Notes under the pieces: model-generated
What the model was told of the DNA's origin: nothing
The model's input: only the letters and a program-made list of their open reading frames with translations
Database searches by the model: none
Translations under genes and position numbers: made by a program
NCBI GenBank assembly: GCA_963734495.1
Contig: CAVTHK010000007.1
Location: forward strand, 1 to 64,000
DNA from: an uncultured Spirochaetota bacterium
GTDB lineage: Bacteria > Spirochaetota > Spirochaetia > SZUA-6 > CAVTHK01
Direction: 5' to 3'
DNA: 64,000 nucleotides
Shown: positions 48,837 through 59,040 of the stretch, piece after piece
Position numbering within the stretch: position 1 is the first letter of the stretch
Layout of the letters: the number at the start of each line of letters is the position of its first letter

Positions 48837-50771
48837 CTACTGCGCGAACCAGAACTGCTCGGGATTCGTCGTCCCGATGTTGCCGACGACCCACTCGCAG
48901 TCCCAGCCCTCGTTGGGCACGTTTCTCATGCGGTTGCTCACGGGCACCGGAACCGTCGCGCGATCGCAGATGCCCATGTGGAACAGATTCTCCGCCTGTA
49001 TGTCCATGATCTGCTTCCACAGCGCGACCTGCTTGGCCTGGTCCGCCGTGACCAGCGCCTGGTCGTAGAGCTCGAGCTGGCGCTTGACCTCGGGCGGCGG
49101 CTCGATGCCCTGCTTGCCCTTGGTGTTGTACCACAACCCCCACAGCGGAGCGTAGTTGTTGCCCGAGTTGACCGGGATGTAGTCGGCCGGGTTCAGAAGC
49201 GGCCAAAGCCCGTTCCCCGCGAAGTCGGCGCTCGCGTCGAAGTCCCCGCTGTTCCGCCTGGTGGTGAACAGGCTGCCTTCGATGGCCTTGGGCGTCGCCC
49301 TGACGCCGACCTCGGTCCACCACTTGCCGATCATCTCCAGGGCGTCCTGGAAGTCGTCGCGGAAGCTGTAGGTCTCGACCACGATCTCGAGGGGTTTCCC
49401 GTCCGGCCGCAACCGTATGCCGTCCGGCCCGCGCTTCAGGCCCATCTCGTCGAGAAGGGCGTTGGCCCGCGCCGGGTCGTACTTGACGAAGCTCTGCGCC
49501 GCGCCCTCGTGGTAGAAGGGGCTCTCGCGCTTGGGCGCGACCTGGCGGATCTCCTTGGGCTGCCCGAGGTAGATGAGCTTGCGGATGTCCTCGCGGTTGA
49601 TCGCCTGCGACATTGCGATCCGGAAACGCTTGTCGAGGAAGATCTGCCTCAGCACCGGGTCCTTGTGGTTCAGGTTCAGGCCGAGAACAAAGACGTTCGG
49701 CTCCGCGATCGGCGCGTCGATGACCTTGTACTTGCCGACCGCCTCGTTCTCCTTGAGCACCATCGTGTCCCTCGGGAACTGGCCGACGACGAACATGTCG
49801 AGGTCGTGCTCGCCCGAGAACGTCTTCATCTGCGCGACTTCGGTGTTGGCCGCCCCCGAAACCTGGATCTTGTCGATGTAGGGGAGCTGGTTCCCCGCCG
49901 TGTCCACCTTCCAGTAGTAGGGGTTGCGCACGTAGGTGGCCCCGTCCGTCTGGGTGGACTCGCGCTTCCACGCGGTGACCACGGGGCAGTCCGCATTGAT
50001 GTTGTAGGCCATCCGGTTCAGGAAAAGCCTCGCCCAGTTGTCCATCCCCTTGTCCTTGGCCATCTTGTTCAGATCGTCCACCTTGGCGTACTTCGGGTGG
50101 AACTGCTGCAGGTAGTGCTTGGGCACGTAGCACTTGAACTGCGGCTGGGCGATCTGGCGCAGGAACAGCGCCGACTCCTTGGTGTAGGAGAACCGCACCG
50201 TGTACTCGTCGAGCTTCTCGAACTTCGGCTTCTCACCGCCTGACAGCAGGTAGGTGGGATAGCTCGGGTAGAGCTCGGGGGTGCCGAGCACGTCCACGAC
50301 GAAGAACTCGATGTCGTCGGCGTTGAACGGCTGGCCGTCCGACCACTTGATCCCCTTGTGGATGTACAGGGTAAAGACCTTGCCGTCCTTGACGTCCCAC
50401 TTCTCGATGAGGTTGGGGATCACCTCGTAGTCGTACATGCGGAAACGCAGCAGCGACTCGTAGTACTGCAGCGCCTCGTAGGCGGTGTCGTCCCTCTGGT
50501 TAAGCTCCCGCCACGTGCCGCCGTACTTGCCGACCTGGTCTTTCCACGGCTTGATCACCACCGGCTGCTGCGGGAGCCGGTCCTTGACCGGCGGAAGCTT
50601 GCCGTCCTTGACCATGGCGGCAAGCATCGGCGCCTCCTTGTAGCCGCCGGTCCCCGCGGCCGCCTGCGGCTGCGCCTTCCCGCTCTCGCCCTCCTTCGTG
50701 CCGCCCGCGAATGCCACGGTCCCGGCAAGCAGCAGCGCCACAAACAGGCAGAAGATCCTTCTTTCGCTCAC
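48837..50771 (-). CDS. ABC substrate-binding protein, family 5 (Opp/Dpp-like, probably oligosaccharide-binding subgroup)
   Basis: EAPMLA...GKLPPVKDRLP, GKYGG, KWSDGQPF, RNPYYWKVDTAGNQLPYID; GTG start behind AGGAGG. Confidence 0.93.
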   Translation of the reverse strand: MSERRIFCLFVALLLAGTVAFAGGTKEGESGKAQPQAAAGTGGYKEAPMLAAMVKDGKLPPVKDRLPQQPVVIKPWKDQVGKYGGTWRELNQRDDTAYEALQYYESLLRFRMYDYEVIPNLIEKWDVKDGKVFTLYIHKGIKWSDGQPFNADDIEFFVVDVLGTPELYPSYPTYLLSGGEKPKFEKLDEYTVRFSYTKESALFLRQIAQPQFKCYVPKHYLQQFHPKYAKVDDLNKMAKDKGMDNWARLFLNRMAYNINADCPVVTAWKRESTQTDGATYVRNPYYWKVDTAGNQLPYIDKIQVSGAANTEVAQMKTFSGEHDLDMFVVGQFPRDTMVLKENEAVGKYKVIDAPIAEPNVFVLGLNLNHKDPVLRQIFLDKRFRIAMSQAINREDIRKLIYLGQPKEIRQVAPKRESPFYHEGAAQSFVKYDPARANALLDEMGLKRGPDGIRLRPDGKPLEIVVETYSFRDDFQDALEMIGKWWTEVGVRATPKAIEGSLFTTRRNSGDFDASADFAGNGLWPLLNPADYIPVNSGNNYAPLWGLWYNTKGKQGIEPPPEVKRQLELYDQALVTADQAKQVALWKQIMDIQAENLFHMGICDRATVPVPVSNRMRNVPNEGWDCEWVVGNIGTTNPEQFWFAQ

Positions 50772-50855
50772 GGCAAACCTCCTCGGGTCAGCACCCGTTC
50801 CCCTTCTCCGTTTCCAGCAGGGCGCGGTGGACCGCGCCCGATCCGGACCCGCTGC

Positions 50856-50884
50856 AGTATAGGACCGGTCTCCGGAGCTGTCAA
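50856..50884 (-). promoter_or_regulatory. Near-consensus sigma70 promoter of the ABC/esterase/amidase operon
   Basis: TTGACA (50884-50879), 17 bp spacer, TATACT (50861-50856). Confidence 0.8.
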
Positions 50885-50983
50885 ACAAAACCGCGCGCTG
50901 CCCTTGACGTGAACCCGGCCGCGGGCTATGGGTGCGCGAAGAGGCGAAGAACAACGATCAAGCGAGGCAGGCGGGGAGGCCCG

Positions 50984-51200
50984 GGCGACGGCGTCCTGAT
51001 CACGGGCTGCTCGTCCGGCATCGGGCGGGCGACCGCGATCGCCCTGGCGCGCGCCGGCTTCACCGTGTGCGCGACCGTGCGCAAAGCGGCGGACGCCGAG
51101 AGCCTTCGAGGGCTCGGCGAGACTGGGCTCCTTCCCCTTTTCCCTCTCGACCTCACGCGCCTGACGGACGTCGCCCCGATCGTGGAGACCGTCGCCGCGC
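50984..51200 (+). pseudogene. Truncated SDR oxidoreductase (Rossmann N-terminus only)
   Basis: VLITGCSSGIGRATAIALARAGFTVCATVRK...LDLT, then runs into the convergent ptsP end; no NNAG or YxxxK. Confidence 0.75.
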
Positions 51201-51234
51201 GTGGTCCTGCGGGCGCTGCGCGCGGCGGGGCCGT

Positions 51235-53496
51235 CTACGCTCCCGTGCCGTCCATCCGGACGCGCAGCCCCTGCAGGTACGCGTCCATGTCGCGTGCAGT
51301 GCGGATCGCGAGCATGTCGGCGGCGACCCGCTCGCACTCGGCGATCGAGAGCCGGCTCGCGCCGGCCCGAAGATCGGCCAGGCGCTCGGGGGCGGCGCTG
51401 AGCCGGCGCACGCCGATGCCCAGGAGAAAGGGGATCATCAGAGGGTCCGCGGCGCTGTCGCCGCAGACCGACAGGTCTGCGATCTTGCCTCCCATCCCGC
51501 GCGCCACCTGCGCCAGGGAGCGCAGCACCGTCGGATGGTGGCTGCGGTACAGCCGGCTCAGCCGCTCGTTCGTGCGGTCCACCGCCAGCAGGTACATGAT
51601 CAGGTCGTTCGTCCCGATCGACAGAAAGTCCGTCGCCGCGGCCAGGTCCTCGATCACCATGACCGCCGAAGGCAGCTCCACCATCGCCCCCACCCGCGGC
51701 CGCGCGTTGTGAGGCACGCCTTGAGCCTCCAGCTCCCGCCGGCACAGCTCCAGCTCGACCCGCGTCTCCTCGATCTCCTCGAGGCTCGAAACCATCGGGA
51801 GGAGGATGCCGAGGTCGCGATCGACGCCGGCCCGCAGCATCGCGCGCAGCTGCTCGCGGAACAGCACCCTGTTGGCGAGTGAGAACCGGATGCCCCGGAC
51901 CCCGAGGAACGGGTTGCTCTCCTGCTCCTCCCTCCCCTGCATCAGCTTGTCGCCGCCTATGTCGGCGGTCCGCAGCGAGACCTCGCATCCGGGGAGCGCG
52001 TCGACGATCCTGCGGTACGTGGCGAGCTGTTCCTCCTCGTTCAGGAAATCGTTGCGTATGATGAAGAGGAACTCGCTGCGGTAGAGCCCGATGCCTTCCG
52101 CGCCCAGAGACGCCGCGAGGCGCGCGTCCTTGAACAGGTTGACGTTCGCGAGCACCCGCACCCTGACGCCGTCGCGGGTGGTCGTCGCGACCGGCGCGGA
52201 GGCAGCCTGCGCGCGGTCGGTCCCGGCCGCAGCGGCGGCGGGCGCGGCCGCCCGGACCGCCGGCGGGGACGGCGGGTCCACGTAGAGCCGGGCGCCGGTG
52301 GCGTCGAGCACCACGGGCGTGCCGGGGACGATGTCGAGGATCGAACGGTCGTGGGTGATCAGCACGGGCAGCGACAGCGAGCGCGCCAGGATCGCGACGT
52401 GGGCGGTAACGGCTGCGCCGAGCAGGACGACCCCTTCGGCCCGCTGGGCCGCCAGCCGGACGAGGTCCGAAGGATAGACGTGGCCGGCGAGCACGATGCG
52501 GCCCCGGTAGTCGCTCTGCTCTCCGGCCCGGCCCGACAGGTTGCGCAGCAGGCGGTAGCCGAGGTCGCGCATGTCCTGGCCCTTCTCGGCCAGCCGCGTC
52601 TCGCTCATCGCGTCGAAGATGTGCGCGTAGTGGGCCACCACCTCGCGGACCGCGGCTTCGGGCGACCGGCCCCCTTCGACCAGGCGGCGCATCGCGCCCG
52701 TGAACGAGTCGTCGTTGAGCATCAGGAGGTGGGCGGAAAAGATGAGCTCGACCACGTCCGCGAGCTGCGACGTGGAGTCGCCGACCAGCTCTTCGATCTG
52801 CCGCCGCGTGAGCTCGAGCGCATCGTTGAAACGCGCCACTTCGGCCCCACCGGCGGCCTCCGTTGCGCCCGCGCCTTTCACCTCGCCGCGCGAGGCCCCG
52901 CCAGGCTCCCGGGCGCCGGGATCCTCCAGGGGCGGGATTCCGAGGCCGCATCCAGGAGGAGCGCGCTGCCCTGGGCGACCCCGGCGGAAGCCGTCTCGCC
53001 GTGGATCAGCCTTCCGCCCGACGACGCGGCGCCCTCGATCCGGCTGTCGAGGAGCACGGATGCGCTCTCGAGGACCGAACCCAGCCGGGCGGCGATGCCC
53101 CGCAGCTCCGCCTCGTCCGCGGGATCGACCGGTCCGGGACGATCGATGACGAGGGCGCCGATGCGATCGGGCCCGCGCGTGATCGGAAAGACGAACCGCG
53201 TGGAGCCGCTCCGGTTCGCGAGCCGCGTCACGCGGCGCTCCCGGACGGCCCCGTCGATGGAATGGCCCGCGCCGGCTTTGTCCGGCAGGTCATCGCCCGC
53301 GCCCGCCGTGGCCCGCAGCACGAGGACGTCCGGCGCTCTGTCGAGGACGTAGATCGCGCAGAGCGTGGCCTGGCCCGCGCGCACGACCATTCCCGCGGCG
53401 CTGCTCCAGGAACACGGACACGTCCGATTCGCGCTCGAAGAGCGAGGCTTCGCGATCGATCGCAAGTGAGAGCCGCCTGATGTCCACGCGTGCCAT
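51235..53496 (-). CDS. ptsP: GAF-domain phosphoenolpyruvate-protein phosphotransferase (enzyme I, PtsP-like); frameshifts near 53400 and 52880
   Basis: GAF CAIYVLD...LVLRAT; TAHVAILARS phospho-His; GIGLYRSE, DIGGDK, NPFLGVRGIR, SIGTNDL. Confidence 0.9.
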
Positions 53497-53610
53497 TGTC
53501 GCCCCTTTTCGAGAGAGATGCCGTCCGCGCCGCCGCGGCGTCACGGGCAAATGTAACCCTTGCGCGCGCCCGGGCATAGACGCGCCGGGCTCGCGACATC
53601 CGCAGTCGGC

Positions 53611-53640
53611 TTGACAACGTCAGCGGGCGAGTGCTACGAT
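53611..53640 (+). promoter_or_regulatory. Sigma70 promoter with extended -10
   Basis: TTGACA-18-TACGAT, with TG one base before the -10. Confidence 0.65.
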
Positions 53641-53680
53641 GCGTCGGCCGGGCGGCGCCTTCGGGCGCAGGGACGGGGAG

Positions 53681-55100
53681 ATGAGCGAGCCATTCATGGG
53701 GATCCAGATGGGGTCCCACACGGTGTTCGACGAGGACCTCGAGCGGATGCTCGACCTCCTGCAGGAGACGGCGGGCATCAACGCCGTCATCCCGTACGCC
53801 ACCACGTACGCGGACGTGATGAGGGGCCGCCTGCCCGGGGCGCTGGCGCCGGACCACGGAGTCACGCCGAAGGACCCGCGCACGCGCAACACGACCCGCG
53901 TCTGGTTCGAGCCGCACGAGCAGTACTACGCGGGAACGTTCCTGCGCCACGACACGGCGCGCAGGCAGGGCGAGCTCGCGGATCGCGACGTGTTCGCGAC
54001 CCTGGCCGAGCCGCTGCGGCGGAGGGGCATCAAGCTCTACGCCCGCATCCTCGAGGGGTCGTCCGGCGAGCTCGTGTCCCTGATCCCGAACTGGCCCGCG
54101 ATCCTGACCGTGGACGTGTACGGCCGCCTGACGCGCCTCCCCTGCTGGAACAACCCGGCATACCGCCGGTGGTGGCTCGGGACGGTCGAGGATCTTTTCA
54201 AGAGCTACCCTCTCGACGGGTTCAAGTACGGCTCCGAGCGCAGCGGTCCCCTGTCCAACGTCATCATGGGGACCCCTCACGGCGTCGCGGTCCCCGTCTG
54301 CTTCTGCGAGCACTGCCTGGCCCGAGGCCGGGCCAAAGGGATCGACGGAGAGCGGGCGCGCGAAGGGTTCCGCGGGCTTCACGAATTCCTCGCGAAGCGC
54401 GCGCCGGGGACCACGCCGCCGGATGGGGTGCTGGTGACTGTCCTGCGGTGGCTCCTGCGCTACCCGGAGATCCTCGCGTGGGAAAGCCTCTGGCACGAAT
54501 CCAAGGAGAGCCTGGCCCAGGCTGATGTACGGGGCGATCAAGAGCATCAACCCGCGGGCGCAGGTCGGCTGGCACGTCTATCACCAGGGGACCACGTGGG
54601 ACCCCATATACCGCGCGGCCACGGACTACAGCGCGATGGCGGAATACTCCGACTGGATCAAGCCGGTCGTCTATCACGACATCGCGGGGCCCCGCATCCG
54701 CGACTGGGGCGTGAGAGGCTGGAAGCAGAATACGCTCGCCGAGCTCTCCGAGCCGCAGATCCTCGACCTGATCTACGCAGTGATGGGCTACGACAGGGAC
54801 GTCGAGCCCGCGCTCGATGAGCTCATGACGAAGGGGCTGAGCCCGGACTACGTGTACAGGGAGACGCGCCGGTGCGTCGAGGCGGTCGCGGGCCGGATCC
54901 CCGTCTACCCGGGGCTCGGGTTCGACATCCCGTGGCAGCAGGACAACTTTCCGAGCGATCCCCGGACGGTCTACGATGCCGCGGTCAAGGCGTTCGAGGC
55001 GGGAGCCCGCGGCCTGATCGTCTCGCGGGAATACGACGAGATGAGGCTCGAGAACCTGCGCGCCGTCGGCAGGGCGGCGAAAGAGGCCCGGCTGCCATAA
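53681..55100 (+). CDS. Hypothetical TIM-barrel protein, glycoside hydrolase-like; frameshift near 54520
   Basis: GIKLYAR, PCWNNP, YPLDGF, CFCEHC, DWIKPVVY, VYPGLGFD. Confidence 0.7.
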
Positions 55101-55137
55101 GAGCCAAGCTCGCCCGCAGCAGCGGCGCGGCCTCCGC

Positions 55138-56409
55138 TCAGGCGTCCGTCTGCCCGTCTTCGGAGACCGCCTTGATCCGCCAGAGCTCCGGAACCCAGAT
55201 GCCGACGCCGGCCGCGAGCAGCACGCAGCTCGCTCCCATGATCGTGACGGCCCAGGGACCGCCGAGCACGGTCGCCAGGGCGCCGGCGAGGAGGCTGCCC
55301 ACGGGCATGAGGCCGCGGTTCAGCATGTACGTGCCCATCACCCGTCCGCGCAGGTTGTCGGGGGTCAGCATCTGCATCATGGTCTGGTCCTGCGAGGTGT
55401 AGGAGGCGTTGGAAAAGCCCGTAAGCAGGGCGAACGCCATCGACAGCCACAGGACCTGGGACCGCGAGAAGAGGACCAGGCTCACGCCGAACGCCGCGGC
55501 CGCGAGCACGAGCAGCTTCCCGCTGCCCTGTCTCTTGCCGAGGGACGCGACGGTCAGCGCCCCGCAGACTGCCCCGGCGCCGACCATCGTGAGGAGCAGG
55601 CCCTGCGTCGTCGCGTCCCCCTTGAGGACGCCCAGGGCAAACACAGGCATCAGGGTCGTGTACGGCATCCCGAGGAGGATGGGCGCCAGGGCGAGCGTCA
55701 TCAGCGCGAGGATCAGCCGGTGGGAGAGGATGTAGCGGAAGCCTTCGTTCGCGCTGCGGAAGATCGACCGCCCGGCAGATGCCGTCTCGGAGACGAGCGG
55801 CCGGAAGGCCCGCTTCGGCACCCTCATCTGCCCGGTCCAGAGCGTCGCGAACGCGTAGAAGCCGGCCTGGACGTAGTAGGACACGTCGACCCCGAACGCC
55901 TGGATGAGGATGCCGCACAGCGCGGGGCCGAGGCTCCGGCTCAGGTTGAAAGCCGCGGAGTTCAGGGCGATGGCGTTCATCAAGTGCTCGCGGCCGACCA
56001 GGTCGTTGATCAGCACCTGCCGCGCCGGCTGCTGGAACGCCTGCACCGTTCCCGCAAGGAACCCGGTGACGTAGACGTGCCAGACCTGGATGTGATTCGT
56101 CAGGATCAGGGTCGCGAGAATCAGGTTCAGGATGGCGTTGACCACCTGCGCGATGATGAGCTGCGCCTTGCGCCCGTAACGGTCGGCGACGACGCCGGCC
56201 ACCACGCCGAAGAACAGCAGCGGCGCCCCCCGCATCGCGCTCACCAGGCCGAGCTGCATCGCCGAGCCGGTCAGGGTGTAGATGAGCCAGCCGCGGGCGG
56301 CCTGGTCCATCCATTGGCCCATCGAGGTCGTCATCTGCCCCAGCCAGAGGAGCCGATAGTCTCTCAGCTTCAGCGAGCGGAAGGTTTGAAGCCCAACTGG
56401 CTGCCCCAC
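55138..56409 (-). CDS. MFS transporter (MFS_3/secretion effector-like)
   Basis: GVVADRYGRK, PARQ, NAIALNS, LRGRVMG; 12-TM hydrophobic pattern. Confidence 0.93.
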   Translation of the reverse strand: MGQPVGLQTFRSLKLRDYRLLWLGQMTTSMGQWMDQAARGWLIYTLTGSAMQLGLVSAMRGAPLLFFGVVAGVVADRYGRKAQLIIAQVVNAILNLILATLILTNHIQVWHVYVTGFLAGTVQAFQQPARQVLINDLVGREHLMNAIALNSAAFNLSRSLGPALCGILIQAFGVDVSYYVQAGFYAFATLWTGQMRVPKRAFRPLVSETASAGRSIFRSANEGFRYILSHRLILALMTLALAPILLGMPYTTLMPVFALGVLKGDATTQGLLLTMVGAGAVCGALTVASLGKRQGSGKLLVLAAAAFGVSLVLFSRSQVLWLSMAFALLTGFSNASYTSQDQTMMQMLTPDNLRGRVMGTYMLNRGLMPVGSLLAGALATVLGGPWAVTIMGASCVLLAAGVGIWVPELWRIKAVSEDGQTDA

Positions 56410-56418
56410 GACGTGGCG

Positions 56419-56447
56419 ATGCTAGGCTTCCGGTCCTATCGTGTCAA
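56419..56447 (-). promoter_or_regulatory. Sigma70 promoter, near-leaderless
   Basis: TTGACA-17-TAGCAT, 9 nt before GTG 56409; no SD. Confidence 0.65.
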
Positions 56448-56539
56448 CGGCTGCACCCCGCGGCGAGGCAAGAGGACGCCGGGCTTCGCGGAACGCGAGA
56501 CGCGCTCGCCCGGAAAACGCTAAATTGAACGGAGGCTCC

Positions 56540-59029
56540 ATGGGACCATTCAAGGCGGCCAGCTATCGCATCACGCTCGAGCCCGACCTCGAGACGTTCA
56601 CCTTTCGCGGCACGGTGACCCTCGAGGGCGAAATGGAGAGCGCAGGACGCGAGGTGCTTCTGAACGCCGCGGATCTCGACGTCAAGCGGTGCGTCGTCGC
56701 GGGGCGCGGGGCCCCCGAGCCGTGCGGCGTGACACTCAGAGATGCAGAGCAGCTGCTGGTCATCACGCTTCCCCGCGAGACTTCCGGGCGGCTCACCTTC
56801 ACCATGGACTTCGACGGGATTCTCAACGACCGCATGGCGGGGTTCTACCGCAGCCGCTATCGGCACGAGGGCGAGGACCGCTGGATCGCCGTGACGCAAT
56901 TCGAGGAGAACGACGCTCGACGCGCCTTCCCCTGCCAGGACCACCCTGCGAGAAAGGCGACGTTCGACGTCGAGCTGATCGTGGACCGGGACCTCATGGC
57001 CGTGTCCAACCAGCCGGTCCTCTCCGAGGAGCCTTCCGGAAATGGTAAAAAGAAGGTCACCTTCGCGCGCACTCCGCGCATGTCCACCTACCTGCTCTTC
57101 TTCGGCGTCGGCGCGTTCGAGGCGGCCGCGGACAAGACCGACCCGCGCGTGCGCGCCCTGACGGTTCCCGGCCTGATCCGCCAGGCGGGCTACGGCCTCG
57201 AGTTCGGGAGGCTCGCGCTGCGGTACTGCGAGAGCTACTTCCGCACGCCCTACCCGCTCGCCAAGCTCGACCTCCTCGCGGTTCCCGACTTCGCCTTTGG
57301 CGCGATGGAGAACTGGGGCGCGATCACGTTCCGCGAGAACCTGCTCCTGCGCGCCCCCGGGATCACGTCGCGCTCCGAAGAGCAGAGGATCTGCGAGGTC
57401 GTGGCGCACGAGATCGCCCACCAGTGGTTCGGCGACCTGGTCTCGCCGTCGGACTGGAAATACCTGTGGCTGAACGAAAGCTTCGCGACGCTGTTCGGCT
57501 ACCGCGTGGTGGACGCCGCTCACCCGGACTGGGGCGTCTGGGAGCAGTTCCTCGCGGGAAGCGCCGAGGGCGCGCTCGGGCGCGACGGCTACAGCGACGC
57601 GCCGGCCATCGAGATCGCGGGCGCCGAGCCGGTGGTGATCAACGCGTCCAACGCTCCCATCCTCTACGGGAAAGGCGCCTGCATCCTCAGGCAGATCGAG
57701 GGCTACATCGGGGGGGACGACTTCCGCTCGGGGCTCGCCCTCTACCTCCGCGACCACGCCTTTGGCAACGCGGGAAGCCGCGACCTCTGGGCCGCGTTCG
57801 AGACCGCCTCGAGCAAGCCGGTCACCGCCATGATGGAGAGCTGGATCGCGCAGCCCGGCTACCCGCTCGTCACCGTCGAGGGCGAAGGCCGCGAGCTCGT
57901 CCTCGGCCAGCGCCGTTTCTCGTACCTCCCGGCAGCCGGCTCGCAGCGCTGGGTCGTTCCCGTCAACGTCCTCCTCTTCGCCCGCGACGGGAGCGAGCGG
58001 CTCCTGCAGACAGTGCTGACCGAAGAGACGCAGGTCCTCCGGCTCGACGATGAGCCCTGGGCCTGCAAGGTGAACGCGGGCGAGACGGGCTTCTACAGGG
58101 TCCGCTACGGCCGGCACGAGAACCTGGAGCGCCTCGAGAGCCTGGCGGCGGCGAAGACGCTGCGACCCGAGGACCGTTGGGGCCTGCAGAACGACCTCTT
58201 CGCCCTCGTGCGCAGCGGTGAGGCCGACCTCGCGGAGTACCTGCGGCACCTCCGGGCGTACCGTGACGAGGACTCCTACCTTCCGGCCACCAGCATCGCG
58301 GAGAACCTCTTCCATGCCTGGCTCGTCGTGCGCCCAGGGGCCCGCGGCGGCGTCGCCCGCGCGGGCCTCGCGCTGCTCGAGCGGGTGCTGCGCGCCACGG
58401 GCATGGTGCCGCGGGAGGGCGAGCCGCTGACCACCTCCCTGCTCCGCAGCCGGGCCATGCTTCCCGCCGCCCTCTTCGGCTCGGCCGACGTCGCCGCGTT
58501 CGGCGCCGGCAGGCTCGAGCGGATGCTGCGCGGCGAGGGCCTCCCCGCAGACATCCGCGTGGCGGTCATGCAGGTCGGCGCCTGGGCGTCCGGGTCGCCG
58601 GTGCTGCGTCCGCTGCTGGACCTGTTCCGCTCTTCGGGCAGCGAGCAGGAGCGTCTCAACGTCCTGCACGCGCTCGGGTGGATGCAGGAGCGCGGCGATC
58701 TGGAGCAGGTGCTCGACTTCGCGCTGAAAGAGGTGCCGGGCCGCAACAAGTACGTCCCGATCGTCTCCGCGGCGGGGAATCCCCGCGCGGCCGACTGGAT
58801 GTGGGGCTGGTACCGCGACCGCCTCGAGGAGCTGGAGAAGCTGCACCGCATGCACCACGAGCGGGTGATCGCGTCGGTGGTGCCGCTGGCCGGCATGAGC
58901 CGCGCGGACGAAGTGGAGGCGTTCTTCCGGGACTACCTGCGCGACAAGCCCGAGCTGCGCGACGTCGTCAGGCTCTCACTGGAAAGGATGAAGGTGAACC
59001 TGCGCCTGCGCGAGCGCTCCGGCGGCTGA
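56540..59029 (+). CDS. M1 family aminopeptidase with ERAP1-like C-terminal domain
   Basis: TQFE..DARRAFPC, GAMENWG, HEIAHQWFG...WLNE, LYGKGA; GGAGG RBS. Confidence 0.96.
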   Translation: MGPFKAASYRITLEPDLETFTFRGTVTLEGEMESAGREVLLNAADLDVKRCVVAGRGAPEPCGVTLRDAEQLLVITLPRETSGRLTFTMDFDGILNDRMAGFYRSRYRHEGEDRWIAVTQFEENDARRAFPCQDHPARKATFDVELIVDRDLMAVSNQPVLSEEPSGNGKKKVTFARTPRMSTYLLFFGVGAFEAAADKTDPRVRALTVPGLIRQAGYGLEFGRLALRYCESYFRTPYPLAKLDLLAVPDFAFGAMENWGAITFRENLLLRAPGITSRSEEQRICEVVAHEIAHQWFGDLVSPSDWKYLWLNESFATLFGYRVVDAAHPDWGVWEQFLAGSAEGALGRDGYSDAPAIEIAGAEPVVINASNAPILYGKGACILRQIEGYIGGDDFRSGLALYLRDHAFGNAGSRDLWAAFETASSKPVTAMMESWIAQPGYPLVTVEGEGRELVLGQRRFSYLPAAGSQRWVVPVNVLLFARDGSERLLQTVLTEETQVLRLDDEPWACKVNAGETGFYRVRYGRHENLERLESLAAAKTLRPEDRWGLQNDLFALVRSGEADLAEYLRHLRAYRDEDSYLPATSIAENLFHAWLVVRPGARGGVARAGLALLERVLRATGMVPREGEPLTTSLLRSRAMLPAALFGSADVAAFGAGRLERMLRGEGLPADIRVAVMQVGAWASGSPVLRPLLDLFRSSGSEQERLNVLHALGWMQERGDLEQVLDFALKEVPGRNKYVPIVSAAGNPRAADWMWGWYRDRLEELEKLHRMHHERVIASVVPLAGMSRADEVEAFFRDYLRDKPELRDVVRLSLERMKVNLRLRERSGG

Positions 59030-59040
59030 CCAGCCGCGTG

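Noticed and set aside
52878-52881. GTGA stop/start overlap suggesting GAF and enzyme I are separate coupled genes
   Set aside because: The enzyme I N-terminal motif (GETASAGVAQG) lies in the upstream frame, so a frameshift in one gene is more likely.
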